DNA of 64,000 nt from an uncultured candidate division Zixibacteria bacterium (GTDB lineage: Bacteria > Zixibacteria > MSB-5A5 > GN15 > FEB-12), in the NCBI GenBank assembly GCA_963735035.1, contig CAVTJJ010000004.1:736001-800000 (forward strand). The letters run 5' to 3'. The position numbers were made by a program, and so were the translations under genes. Shown here piece by piece: positions 1 to 10,410 of this stretch. Every line of letters begins with the position of its first letter. Position 1 is the first letter of the stretch. Below the pieces are notes generated by a model. That model was not told where the DNA came from. It made no database searches and worked only from the letters and a program-made list of their open reading frames with translations.

Positions 1-526
1 TAAACCGCTTCATAGTTGTGCGTGGACGATCATACGGGACGGCTTCGATGATACTGTATCTGGGGCCACAGTGCGTGCAATTGGTGAAAGGATAGCGGTA
101 GCGGCGATTGGACGGGTCAAACACTTCGGCAATGCACTCCGGGCAAGTAGCCAAATCCGGAATAACCGTAGCGCTCCCGGAGTTGCGGCCGACGCTGTGT
201 TCGATTGTGAATCCTGAAGAGTCTGACAATGGGAGGCGTTCCACTGTTTGACTGTCGATCGATGCCTGCGGCGGCAACTGACGCGTCAATTCTGAGATGA
301 ACCGTTCCACTTTGACGAGCGAACCCTGGATATCAATAGTGACGCCATCGCCGGTGTTCTTTACTGTCCCCACGAGCCCTAATGCGGTAGCCAGACGATA
401 AACGAACGGTCGGAAACCTACACCCTGCACCCGGCCTCGGAGCTGAATCTGAAAGTGTGCGAGCTTCGTGCCGGGACTAGTGCCGACAAATTGGGGATGA
501 GAGCCGTCGCCCGCGTCTTCAGACAT
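1..526 (-). CDS. hypF: Carbamoyltransferase HypF, N-terminal part (runs off the window start)
   Basis: Manual translation from ATG at 526: acylphosphatase motif GRVQGVGFRPFVY, then zinc fingers DLATCPEC and YPFTNCTHCGPRYSII. Confidence 0.93.
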   Translation of the reverse strand, partial: MSEDAGDGSHPQFVGTSPGTKLAHFQIQLRGRVQGVGFRPFVYRLATALGLVGTVKNTGDGVTIDIQGSLVKVERFISELTRQLPPQASIDSQTVERLPLSDSSGFTIEHSVGRNSGSATVIPDLATCPECIAEVFDPSNRRYRYPFTNCTHCGPRYSIIEAVPYDRPRTTMKRF

Positions 527-1001
527 CGGCAACCCGACCTATCTCGGCGACTATTCGGTCGGCGACCTCAAGAACGGCCGTGGCTACCTGGGGAGTCATT
601 ACTGTGCCGTAGTCGAAATTGATCCCCTCGATGCCATAAAGAACCAGTTGGCGGGGTTGTTTACCCAGAGTCCGGGCAATCTCAATGATCTGGCTCAGGC
701 TCAGTCGATGCGAGCTGGCTGGAGGGAAAACGTCCTCGGGGAGGTTTTCGATGAAAGGCTCGAAGCGAAATATTTTTCCCGGCTCTGCGCCTGATTTGAC
801 GCCGTCGATGAGGAAGACCGCGCGATACTCACACCAGGCCATGATCAATCCGGTTGCGTCGGCCAAAGGTTGTATGAGATCAACTTGACCGTCACACATC
901 TCTATCACCCGGCGGGCAGTGGCAGGGCCGCAGCCATCGTCACTTCGGAACTCGTTGCCGAGCCCGACTACAACATATGGCGCCGGGTCGTTCATAGGCA
1001 A
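519..1001 (-). CDS. Hydrogenase maturation protease (HycI/HyaD family)
   Basis: VVGLGNEFRSDDGCG, IDGV and SSH motifs; directly after the large subunit. Confidence 0.9.
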   Translation of the reverse strand: MPMNDPAPYVVVGLGNEFRSDDGCGPATARRVIEMCDGQVDLIQPLADATGLIMAWCEYRAVFLIDGVKSGAEPGKIFRFEPFIENLPEDVFPPASSHRLSLSQIIEIARTLGKQPRQLVLYGIEGINFDYGTVMTPQVATAVLEVADRIVAEIGRVADV

Positions 1002-2298
1002 TCAGGTGTCCTCGTGCTCGATCTTCAGCCTCAGGAAGTGGCAGGAACAGGATATACACGGATCGTAGTTGCGCACCACCTGTTCGCACTGCCAGGTCAG
1101 CTTCTCATGAGACAGGTGCAAATTCTTCTGGACGAACTCTTTAAGGTCCAGTTCGATTGATTTCTGGTTCTGCGATGTCGGCGGAATGATCCGGGCGGTC
1201 TTGATGAGGCCGTCCGCGCCAATCTGGTAGCGATGGTAGAGAATACCACGGGGTGCTTCGGTACAGCCGTGGCCGACTCCGTCACGTGGGGTGCATTCAA
1301 TATACGACTGCGCCGGTTCCTGGTATTCCTTGATGATTCGCAACGCTTCATAGCAGGCGAAGACCGTCTCGACCGCTCTGATGACGATACTCTTGAACGG
1401 GTTGAGACAATTCGGGCTCAGGCCAACATCACTCGCGGCTTTGCGGGCGATCTCCGGAAGTTGATCGTAGTTGTTACAGAAACGCGCCAGCGGACCGGTC
1501 AAATAATCACCTCGGGCCTTGATGCGACCCTGCAGCGATGTCGAATGCGACACGTGTTCTTCTTCGAATACGTCAAGGAATTGGTCGAGGGTAATGTCGA
1601 TTCCCTTGTTGGAAACGACTCGTCCTTCAGTGATGGCGTATTCATCGGGATGTTTCAGAGACACCAGTTCGTAGTCGCGTTCGAAATCCGGGAACGTTAG
1701 AGCCGGCCGTGAACTTGACCGCTTCGAGTGAGAATTCCAGCGCCCATTGCAGGGGCTCGATCAAGGCGTCGAGTTCGGTTTTGTACGGAGCACGATAGAA
1801 ACCACCCACCCGGGTGTTAATCGGATGAATCTCACGGCCGCCTATCACCACCATTAGATCGTTGCCGATCTTCTTCAGCCGGAGTGCCTTCTGAACCAGT
1901 TCCGGATGATCGTGGGCCATGCGCAGGCCGTCTTCATATCCGAGGAAATCAGGGGCGTGCAGCAGAAACATGTGCAGGGCGTGTGACTCTATCCATTCGC
2001 CGCAGTAGATCAGACGGCGCAGTTGCCGCAAAACGCCTTCGACCCGCACTCCGCACGCTTGCTCCATGGCATGACTGGAGCTCATTTGATACGCGATGGG
2101 GCAGATGCCGCAAATGCGGGCGGTGATGTCGGGTGCTTCGGTAAACTTGCGGTCTTGCAAGAAAGCCTCGAAGAACCGGGGCGGCTCGAAGATATTGAAC
2201 TGAACTTCGGAGACTTTATCCTTACGGACCTTGACCAGCAAACCGCCTTCGCCCTCGACACGGGCGAGGTAATCGACTTTGATTGTCTTATGCTTCAT
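1002..2298 (-). pseudogene. Group 3b [NiFe] hydrogenase large (alpha) subunit, split by one extra base near 1700 (possibly a sequencing error)
   Basis: ARVEGEG and RICGICP in the 5' frame; EAPRG and DPCISCSCH plus cleavable tail in the 3' frame; removing one base gives [20 protein letters not shown]. Confidence 0.85.
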
Positions 2299-3071
2299 AT
2301 AATTCACCCTGCCGACGGAACGGTTCTGCCGTGGCGTTAAAGCTGCGGAAGGCTCGCACGATCTCGTCGCGGGGCGCACCCATCTGTTCGAACCAGGCGG
2401 CGAGCGAGGCGGTGTTTGGAGTTTCCTTGGGTCCAAAGCAGGCGAAGCAGCCACGATTGAATGAAGGGCAGAGAGCGTTGCACCCGGCCTGGGTTACCGG
2501 ACCAAGGCAGGAGGTTCCGCCCGCCACCATCACACAGACTGTTCCCCGGCGTTTGCACTCCATGCAGACGCTGTGCGTGGAGATATTGGGACGGCGGCCG
2601 TTGAGGTAGGCGCTGATCACCTCCACCAGTTGATACTTATTGATCGGACAGCCGCGCAATTCGAAATCCACGAACACGTGATCGGAGATTGGGGTCGACT
2701 TGCCAAGAGTTTCGATATACTCCGGATGGGCATAGACGATAGTGACGTAGTCCTGCACATTCGTAAAATTACGGAGAGCCTGAATCCCCCCGGCGGTGGC
2801 GCAAGCGCCGATAGTGATCAGGGTCTTGGAGGCCCGACGGATGCCGTGAATCCGTTCGGCGTCATGCGAGGTTGTAATGGAACCCTCGACGAGGGAGATT
2901 TCGTACGGTCCCTTCGATGACGGCTCGTGAAGCCTCGGGGAAATTGGCAATGGTTACGTGTTCGGCGACAGCCAGAAGTTCTTCTTCACAGTCAAGCAGA
3001 GACAATTGACAGCCGTCACACGAGGCAAACTTCCAGACGGCCAGTTTCGGTTTATTCGATAGCGGTGTCAT
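2288..3071 (-). pseudogene. Group 3b hydrogenase small (delta) subunit, split by one extra G near 2911 (possibly a sequencing error)
   Basis: KFASCDGCQ in the 5' frame; [27 protein letters not shown] and CFACFGP in the 3' frame; corrected join RAVIEG-PYEISL. Confidence 0.85.
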
Positions 3072-3072
3072 A

Positions 3073-3942
3073 TCACATTTCTCGTTTCGAGAACACGTCT
3101 CTAATGCGGTCACAGCGATACACGGGGCCGTCCTTGCAGACAAAGCGGGGTCCCATTTGACAGTGGCCGCAGAGGCCGATGCCGCATTTCATGTTGCGTT
3201 CCATGGACAGGTAGATTTGGGAATGATCGACGCCGCGCCGTTCCAATTCGATGACCGTAAAGCGCATCATTATCTCAGGTCCGCAAATCATGGCAACGGT
3301 GTTGTGAGGATCGAACGGAGCGCGGGTGATCAGGTTCGTGACCACGCCGACATTCCCTCGCCAGGGCCCGGTGGCGCGATCGACGGTCACGTGCAGGTCC
3401 AGATCGAACCGTGAGCGCCAGCGCTCCAGGTCTTTCCGGAAGAGAATATCCTCGGGCATACGAGTGCCGTACAAGAGCACGACTTTCCCGTATTTGTCCC
3501 GATTGGCGAGAAGGTGGTAGATCACCGGACGCAGGGGGGCGAGGCCTATGCCGCCCGCAACGACCACAACGTCACTTCCTTCGGCTTCATCCACCGGCCA
3601 GGCTGTGCCATAGGGACCACGCACACCCAGAGTATCGCCCGCTTTCAAGCGTCGCATCGCCCGGGTGACCGTACCAACTTCGCGGGTAGTGTGGGTTAAA
3701 GTAGTTGCGATCTGAGGGTCGCCGCTGATGGAAATCGGTACTTCACCTACCCCGAAAGCATAAAGCATGTTGAACTGGCCGGGGAGGAACCGAAAGTGCC
3801 GTTCGCCATGCATCTTCTCGAGGTCGAGGGTAAACGTATCGACGGTTTCGCGGGTGACCCGCCGGATGATATACGGATCGGACACCATCGGGCCGATCAC
3901 GTCATTTTCTTGCACGCTAGGATTTGCTTGAACCATGACCAT
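3073..3942 (-). CDS. Sulfhydrogenase gamma subunit (FAD/NAD(P)-binding, 2Fe-2S)
   Basis: [38 protein letters not shown]. Confidence 0.92.
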   Translation of the reverse strand: MVMVQANPSVQENDVIGPMVSDPYIIRRVTRETVDTFTLDLEKMHGERHFRFLPGQFNMLYAFGVGEVPISISGDPQIATTLTHTTREVGTVTRAMRRLKAGDTLGVRGPYGTAWPVDEAEGSDVVVVAGGIGLAPLRPVIYHLLANRDKYGKVVLLYGTRMPEDILFRKDLERWRSRFDLDLHVTVDRATGPWRGNVGVVTNLITRAPFDPHNTVAMICGPEIMMRFTVIELERRGVDHSQIYLSMERNMKCGIGLCGHCQMGPRFVCKDGPVYRCDRIRDVFSKREM

Positions 3943-4387
3943 ATACGTCCATTAGTTGCAAACGAGTAATATCAAGTCTTTGGGCCACGAGGATCAGGAA
4001 ACGTTTCATCATTTCATAGCCGAGGTCGTGATCTTCTTCGCATTTGTTACGCAGGCATTTGCCATCCATCGCCACCGCTCGGGTAAGTTCGACCGCGCGA
4101 GCGTCGAAATGCCAGCGATACGGTGGAACAATCCACGACCAGCCGAACACTTCGCCGTCGGTACGCGTCCCAATCGCGACCGGTCCCTTTTGCGGCACTA
4201 GTGTCTCTACCTGTACCCGTCCCTGTCGGATAAAATAGAAGTGATCGGCAGGGCTGTCGGCCCGGAAGATGAACTCACCGGCTTTGAACACGACATTCGA
4301 GGCACACCCGTTCAACAGCGCAATCTGTGATTCATTGAAACCCTTGAAGAAAGGGTGCTCGGCCAGGATTCTTTCGAGGTTCTCCAT
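3917..4387 (-). CDS. Stand-alone cyclic nucleotide-binding domain protein
   Basis: cNMP fold pattern ([22 protein letters not shown]); no HTH; position typical of group 3b operons. Confidence 0.85.
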   Translation of the reverse strand: MENLERILAEHPFFKGFNESQIALLNGCASNVVFKAGEFIFRADSPADHFYFIRQGRVQVETLVPQKGPVAIGTRTDGEVFGWSWIVPPYRWHFDARAVELTRAVAMDGKCLRNKCEEDHDLGYEMMKRFLILVAQRLDITRLQLMDVYGHGSSKS

Positions 4388-4430
4388 AAAGCCTCCTTAT
4401 TTCCAGTTAATCTTGATCGTGTCCATCCGG

Positions 4431-5564
4431 TCACTTCGCCAACACGGCGGCCTCTTCGGTAATGTCGATTCCCACCGGGCACCAGGTAATGCATCGCCCG
4501 CACCCCACGCACCCGGGCACGCCGAACTGGTCCTGCCAGTAGGCGAGTTTGTGCATCAGCCACTGACGATAACGCGACTGCTCCGATGCTCGTACGGCGC
4601 CGCCATGAATGTACGAGAAGCCGACCGAGAAGCAGGAATCCCAGCACCGCTCCCGATCGGCCTGCTGACCGGCCAGGTCGGTCGAATCGATCACGTTGAC
4701 ACAAAAACAGGTGGGACAGACCATAGTGCAGTTGCCGCAACTGAGGCAGCGTTCGGCTACTTTCTCCCAATGCTTGGAGTCGAATCGCGTATTGAGCCGA
4801 TCTTTGAGTCCGGCAGTCTTGAGATGCTTGCCCATAGATGAGACAGCCTGATCTATCACGTGACGCGCGGCTGTCTGATCGGCGTCGGTTGCAGGTTGCG
4901 CCGGAACCGTATCGAGCAGAGCCTTCCCCTTTTCAGAACCGACTTCGATTACAAAAGAGTGATGTCCGTCGGCGAAAACTTCCGTCAGCGCCAGATCGAA
5001 CCCGGACTTTGCTTCGGGACCGGTATCCATTGAGGCACAGAAGCAATTTCCGCCCGGACGGGCGCAATTGACTGCAATTATAAACGCATTGGCTCGCAGC
5101 CGACGGTAATACGGGTCGTCATAAGTGCCATGCGACAATATCTGGTCATGAATTGCCAGCGCTTTGAGTTCGCAAGGGCGGACTCCCAGCAATGCGATTC
5201 TTGGATTGTCCGCTTCACCGGGGGACTGAATCTCAAAGCTGTGACCCGATTTCCGGGCCGACCAGATTTTGTGGAGCGATGGATAGAAGATCTTCTTCCA
5301 ACCATGAGGCCCGACTACATAGTCAAATAGCGCCGGGCGGTCCGATTTCACGAGCCGGTAGCGGCCGCCTGATTGTTCATCCCGCCAACCTGTGGGCAGT
5401 TGCTCGAGGTTCGTGATTTCCTGATAAGTTACCGCATTCTCGCGAACGGTCGGTCCGAAGATTCGGTACTGTTGAGTTGATAAGGCATCGAGCAAGGCCT
5501 GAAGATGTGCCTTATCTAGAGTGTGAAGGGCCACGGAGGAACTTACCTGGTTTTCATTCATCAT
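4431..5564 (-). CDS. Sulfhydrogenase beta subunit (AsrA-like 4Fe-4S protein)
   Basis: GVRPCE, CFC, CLSCGNCTMVCPTCFC, CVGCGRCITWCP. Confidence 0.92.
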   Translation of the reverse strand: MMNENQVSSSVALHTLDKAHLQALLDALSTQQYRIFGPTVRENAVTYQEITNLEQLPTGWRDEQSGGRYRLVKSDRPALFDYVVGPHGWKKIFYPSLHKIWSARKSGHSFEIQSPGEADNPRIALLGVRPCELKALAIHDQILSHGTYDDPYYRRLRANAFIIAVNCARPGGNCFCASMDTGPEAKSGFDLALTEVFADGHHSFVIEVGSEKGKALLDTVPAQPATDADQTAARHVIDQAVSSMGKHLKTAGLKDRLNTRFDSKHWEKVAERCLSCGNCTMVCPTCFCVNVIDSTDLAGQQADRERCWDSCFSVGFSYIHGGAVRASEQSRYRQWLMHKLAYWQDQFGVPGCVGCGRCITWCPVGIDITEEAAVLAK

Positions 5565-5743
5565 AGAGACCTGTCGGTATTAGTCACAGAGAACGGTTGT
5601 TCCAATCATATCGACTGCCTTTCACGGCGCATCATGTCGAATTGTAGGCCGTGAATCAAGTTACTTTATAATAACCTCCGGAAAAGATTAGTACAAGTTA
5701 ATTCGTCAAGATTGCAGTTTTCATTCTTAGGCGCCGCGATACT

Positions 5744-5761
5744 TTGTGAAATGTGTCACAA
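5744..5761. promoter_or_regulatory. Rex-like / CRP-like palindromic operator
   Basis: TTGTGAAATGTGTCACAA: one mismatch to TTGTGAA-N4-TTCACAA and exact TGTGA-N6-TCACA; in the divergent hydrogenase/OPT intergenic region. Confidence 0.65.
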
Positions 5762-6013
5762 GCTAAAATCGCGCTAGGTATCCTCATTTGTCCGAGTGCG
5801 GTGCCGGACTTGCGTTTGGGATGGGATTTCAGTTGCCCACGATGGCTGGAAACTTGTCACAGAAATCGATACTGGACAAACAACCCTGACGGAATTATGA
5901 TAGATCCGATTGGCTAATTAATGAGCGATTGTGGCATCTACAAACTGCAAAAAGCATTCACCGACGGCCCCGCCCCTGTTACTTCCGCCGTCTGACCCGT
6001 TGAGGAGATATCG

Positions 6014-7909
6014 ATGAGTTCAACACCTAAGAAAGACACGCTAAATCCGGATACTCCGAAGAAGCTGACCCCAGAGGAAATCGAGCTCAACTGGTATCAC
6101 AACGTGTACCAGGGTGATAACATGAAGCAGTTGACCTGGCGGGCGACCATTACGGGCGCTTGTATCGGCATGATCATGGCGGTTTCCAATATCTTCGTGG
6201 GGCTTAAGACCGGCTGGTCGCTCGGTGTGGCCATTACCGCCTGCATCATCTCTTTCACCGTCTATCGCGCACTTACTGCCGCTTTTCCGCGTTTGTTCAA
6301 GACCGAGATTACCCTGTTGGAAAATAACTGCATGCAGTCGACGGCGTCGTCCGCCGGCGCCGGCACTGGAATCATCATGGTGTCATCGATCTCGGCCTAT
6401 CTGATGATTACCGGTCACCACATCCCCTGGTACATACTCTCGCCCTGGATTCTGTTCGTTGCGTCGCTGGGAGTGTTCATGGCTATACCCATGAAGCGCA
6501 ATCTGATCAATATCGAACAGCTCAAATTCCCGAGTGGCATCGCGGCGGCCGAGACACTGCGGAGTCTGCACTCCAAGGGTGGCGACGCGGTCCAAAAGGC
6601 CCGAGCCCTGGGCGTTTCCGGTCTGTTTGGGGCGGTGTTATGTTGGTGCCGCGACGGACGCATGCCGTTTGGCATACCGAACATCCCCGCCACTTTGGCG
6701 ATTCCGCAGAGTTGGTTTACACTGGGAGGATACGAGCTGTCCCGATGGACCATTTCTTTCGACATGAACACAGTCATGCTGGCCGCGGGAGCTATTATTG
6801 GAATTAAAGTGGCCTGGTCGATGCTATTCGGGGCTATCCTCAACTACGCCGTGTTGGCCCCTATCATGGTCAAATCCGGAGTAATTCCGGCCGACGGTCT
6901 CGGATTCCGCGCGATTGTGCGCTGGAGCACCTGGACCGGCGCGTCAATCATGGTGACCTCTGGTCTGCTGGCCTTCTTTATGCAGTGGCGGACAATTGCT
7001 CGCGCTTTCAGCGGCATTACCAAGATGTTCTCCAGCAAGTCTCCGTCGCCGGACGGCTCCTCGTATGTGGATCCCCTTGAGCGGATCGAGGTGCCGGCGT
7101 CCTGGTTCCTCTGGGGTGTGACTATCTCCGGGCTGGGGGCAATTATCATTCTCGTGTCGTTCTTCCAGACTGCCTGGTGGATGGGTGTGGTGGCCGTGTT
7201 GATGACCTTCTTCCTCTCCATCGTGGCTTGCCGGGCTGCAGGTGAGTCCGACATCACACCGGTCGGAGCAATGGGCAAGATCACCCAGCTTATGTTCGGT
7301 GCACTGTCACCGTCAAATATGACCACGAATCTGATGACCGCCGGTCTGACATCCGGTGCCGCTTCGTCATCGTCCGACCTCCTCTTCGACCTCAAATCCG
7401 GATATTTGCTGGGCGCCAATCCGCGCAAGCAGTTCCTGGCGCAGTTTCTGGGTTGCTTCTTTGGGACATTGGTGGTGGTTCCGGCTTTCTACCTTCTGAT
7501 CCCCGATGCCTCGTACCTCGGCTCCGATCAATTCCCGGCTCCGGCCGCGCAGGTGTGGAAAGCCGTGGCCGAGTTGTTGTCTCAGGGCCTTGGGGCGCTG
7601 CATCCGACGGCCCGGATGGGGATGCTGACCGGCGGTCTGATCGGTATCATCCTGCCACTGTTACCCCGCTTCCTGCCCGAGAAGACCCACAAGTTCATCC
7701 CTTCGGCTATGGGGCTGGGTCTGGCGTTTGTAATTCAGTTCTTCAATTCGCTGTCGATGTTCATCGGCGCCGTGATTGCCCTGGTGCTGACCAAGAAGAA
7801 ACCGGCCATGGCCGACATGTACATTATTCCAGTGGCCTCAGGTATTATTGCCGGTGAATCGCTTATGGGGGTAACCGTGGCCCTGCTCCAGAATCTTGCA
7901 GGTATGTAA
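6014..7909 (+). CDS. OPT family oligopeptide transporter
   Basis: GLKTGW, LENNCMQS, LKFPSG, DLKSGYLLGA, FPAPAAQVW; many TM segments; RBS GAGGAG. Confidence 0.92.
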   Translation: MSSTPKKDTLNPDTPKKLTPEEIELNWYHNVYQGDNMKQLTWRATITGACIGMIMAVSNIFVGLKTGWSLGVAITACIISFTVYRALTAAFPRLFKTEITLLENNCMQSTASSAGAGTGIIMVSSISAYLMITGHHIPWYILSPWILFVASLGVFMAIPMKRNLINIEQLKFPSGIAAAETLRSLHSKGGDAVQKARALGVSGLFGAVLCWCRDGRMPFGIPNIPATLAIPQSWFTLGGYELSRWTISFDMNTVMLAAGAIIGIKVAWSMLFGAILNYAVLAPIMVKSGVIPADGLGFRAIVRWSTWTGASIMVTSGLLAFFMQWRTIARAFSGITKMFSSKSPSPDGSSYVDPLERIEVPASWFLWGVTISGLGAIIILVSFFQTAWWMGVVAVLMTFFLSIVACRAAGESDITPVGAMGKITQLMFGALSPSNMTTNLMTAGLTSGAASSSSDLLFDLKSGYLLGANPRKQFLAQFLGCFFGTLVVVPAFYLLIPDASYLGSDQFPAPAAQVWKAVAELLSQGLGALHPTARMGMLTGGLIGIILPLLPRFLPEKTHKFIPSAMGLGLAFVIQFFNSLSMFIGAVIALVLTKKKPAMADMYIIPVASGIIAGESLMGVTVALLQNLAGM

Positions 7910-7961
7910 AAGGCACTGAAGGCTTCAGGATCTCCTGACTTCTCCGAAATGCACAAACTCG

Positions 7962-7994
7962 CGGCCCGCCCTAAACAGGCGGGCCGTCTTATTT
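7962..7994 (+). terminator. Rho-independent terminator
   Basis: cggcccgcc-N7-ggcgggccg followed by tcttattt. Confidence 0.65.
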
Positions 7995-8054
7995 AGACTT
8001 GTCACCAATCTGGAGGGACTTTACTTTTGTCGGCGCGGGGCTTAGCTCCGATTC

Positions 8055-9281
8055 TTGACCGCGGGCATAAGTAACAAGGGTAGTGCTGTGTTTCAGACTG
8101 TCTACAACTGGCTGCAGGTTCAGGGTCTGGACGACCCGTTCACGCGATATCTCGCCTGGATGACCCTGGGCTTAGGCGTATTTCTTTTGGCCGGAATCGT
8201 TAACTGGGTTGTCAAGCGCATCCTGCTGACAATTCTCGCCGTCATCATCAAACGGACACCCACGACCTGGGACGACGCCCTGCTGGAGCGGCGCGTATTA
8301 CACCGCGCCTCGCATATTGCCCCGGCGCTTGTGTTCTATTGGTCCGCACCGACATTTGTGGCGCTGCAGAGCTTCATCGAGCGGGCTTCCTATGTCTACA
8401 TATTGATAGTAGGCGGTCTGGTGGCCTCGGCTTTTATCAACGCCGCGGTCGACGTCTACCAGTCAATGGAACTGTCACGCAACCGACCCATCAAAGGTTT
8501 GGCTCAGATTACCCGGATAGCGATCGGGGTCGTGGTCGCAATGCTGGCGATTGCGGTGCTGTTCAAACAATCTCCGCTCGGGTTGCTGGGTGGACTCGGC
8601 GCCATGACCGCCGTTCTCCTCCTGGTATTCAAAGATACCATTCTCGGCCTGGTGGCATCGTTCCAGATGTCTACCTCCGATCTAGTGAGAGTGGGTGACT
8701 GGATCGAGATGCCCAAGTACAGCGCCGACGGCATCGTGATCGATATTTCGCTCCACACGGTCAGAGTTCAAAACGGCGACAAGACTATCAGCGCTATTCC
8801 TACCTACGCACTCGTTTCCGATTCGTTCCGCAACTGGCGGGGAGTAGATGAAGCCGCCGGGCGACGCATTAAGCGTTCAATCTATATCGACCTGAGCACG
8901 ATCAAGTTCTGCAGTGACGAGATGCTTCAGCGGTTCTCGCGCGATCCCCTCGCAGCGCAATACATCAGTAAGAAAAAGCAGGCTGCTGGCCGGAATGAAG
9001 CCGACGTGCACTTCACCAACCTGGGTGTGTTTCGTGGTTATACCGAGGCATATCTGCGGCGACATCCAGCGATTCATTCGGAAATGCTTCTACTGGTGCG
9101 GCAAATGCAACCGGGCGAGTACGGTGTGCCGATCGAAATCTGTGCCTTCAGCAAAGAAAAGGAGCTGCCTGAATACGAGGCCGTCCAGGCCGAAATCTTT
9201 GAGCATCTCATGGCGACTGTGGCCGTGTTCGATCTGCGGGTGTTCCAGAGGCCGTCCGGCGCGGACATGTCGCATACCTAA
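8055..9281 (+). CDS. MscS-family mechanosensitive channel (YbdG/MscM-like); start may be GTG at 8088
   Basis: GLGAMTAVLLLVFKDTILGLVAS, GDWIEMP, SFRNWRG, GRRIKRS. Confidence 0.92.
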   Translation: MTAGISNKGSAVFQTVYNWLQVQGLDDPFTRYLAWMTLGLGVFLLAGIVNWVVKRILLTILAVIIKRTPTTWDDALLERRVLHRASHIAPALVFYWSAPTFVALQSFIERASYVYILIVGGLVASAFINAAVDVYQSMELSRNRPIKGLAQITRIAIGVVVAMLAIAVLFKQSPLGLLGGLGAMTAVLLLVFKDTILGLVASFQMSTSDLVRVGDWIEMPKYSADGIVIDISLHTVRVQNGDKTISAIPTYALVSDSFRNWRGVDEAAGRRIKRSIYIDLSTIKFCSDEMLQRFSRDPLAAQYISKKKQAAGRNEADVHFTNLGVFRGYTEAYLRRHPAIHSEMLLLVRQMQPGEYGVPIEICAFSKEKELPEYEAVQAEIFEHLMATVAVFDLRVFQRPSGADMSHT

Positions 9282-9406
9282 CACACTGGTGACTATGTGT
9301 GGGCGGCACACGTCCTCGTGTGCCCCTCCTCTGGGGCAGACCAGGAAGTCTGCCGCCCACGGCCGTCCGGGGCGGACATGGCGAGAACCTAACACACTGG
9401 TGGCTA
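9250..9406. repeat. 46-bp imperfect direct repeats enclosing a 62-bp palindromic REP-like element
   Basis: 9250-9295 vs 9361-9406 (6 mismatches); 9299-9360 gtgggcggcacac...gtctgccgcccac. Confidence 0.8.
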
Positions 9407-10264
9407 AAGTCCCCCGGTCATTTCGCCTTTGATATTCAGCAGGTCCAGAATTTCTAGAGAGACTTCCTCAATGCCGCGTCGGGTCACATCTACGGTGTGC
9501 CACCCTTCTGACTCGTACAGATCACGGCAGAAGCGAAACTCCGAGGCCACTTCACGGATATCGCAATACGAGTCCATTTGGGCTTGAAAGCGATTCTCCT
9601 TGGCCAGCATGGACAGACGATGTTCCCGCACGAGCATCAGCGTTTCCGGCTGCATGAGCATGCCCATTATGCGACCGTGCGAGACTACCTTCAGGCGCGA
9701 CAGCAGGGTTTGCGTCATGGCACTGTCGCGGATGATGGGGATATTCGCCACGCGGAGACCGTGGTTGCAGGCCAGATACATGCTGATCGGCGTCTTGCAG
9801 CTTCGCGACGGCCCCACGAGGACGGCGTCGGCTTCTTCGAGCGTTGTGCCGCGGCCGTCGTCATGCTCGACCGTGAAACCGATCGAGTCGATCTTGCGGT
9901 AGTAGCGGTCGTCGATGATCTGAAGCAGGCCGGGCTGGTAATTCGGATGCACCCCCAGGAACTTGGACATGGTGTCGAGCATCGGCCTGAGTACGTTCAG
10001 GTGAAGCACCTTGCGCTTGAGCAGAGCTTTTTCGAGGTAATCGGCCTGATCGGTCTTGATAATCGTGTACAAAACGAGCGAATTGTGATCGAGCTCCAGC
10101 AGAATGCCGTCGATCTGTCTCTCATTTCGGACTTGCGTGTAGATATTCGAGAGCGAGAAGTGCAGGTCCTTCTGATAGTACTGCACGATAACGGCATCCA
10201 TCAGGCGTTTGGCGGTCCGTCCGGTGCCGTCAGAAATAATCACGATTTTCTTCTCGTCGGCCAT
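9404..10264 (-). CDS. ppsR: PEP synthetase / PPDK regulatory kinase-pyrophosphorylase (DUF299)
   Basis: ISDGTGRTA, FTVEHDDG, LVGPSRSCKTPISMYLA, DVTRRGIEE. Confidence 0.9.
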   Translation of the reverse strand: MADEKKIVIISDGTGRTAKRLMDAVIVQYYQKDLHFSLSNIYTQVRNERQIDGILLELDHNSLVLYTIIKTDQADYLEKALLKRKVLHLNVLRPMLDTMSKFLGVHPNYQPGLLQIIDDRYYRKIDSIGFTVEHDDGRGTTLEEADAVLVGPSRSCKTPISMYLACNHGLRVANIPIIRDSAMTQTLLSRLKVVSHGRIMGMLMQPETLMLVREHRLSMLAKENRFQAQMDSYCDIREVASEFRFCRDLYESEGWHTVDVTRRGIEEVSLEILDLLNIKGEMTGGL

Positions 10265-10410
10265 GGCGGAGCCTCACTTCTAATCGATTCTGGATCGCTC
10301 AAGAGCCAGGCTACGAAGATATAACAGCGGGTTCAAGGTTTTTTCCGGTCGCCCGGCGTCGAAAAAGGCGTTGCGCCACGAGGTCGCTCCGGTGATCTTG
10401 GGCCGGGATA

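Noticed and set aside
1690..2915. Programmed ribosomal frameshifting in the hydrogenase genes
   Set aside because: No slippery heptamer or stimulatory structure is evident; simple single-base insertions explain the breaks
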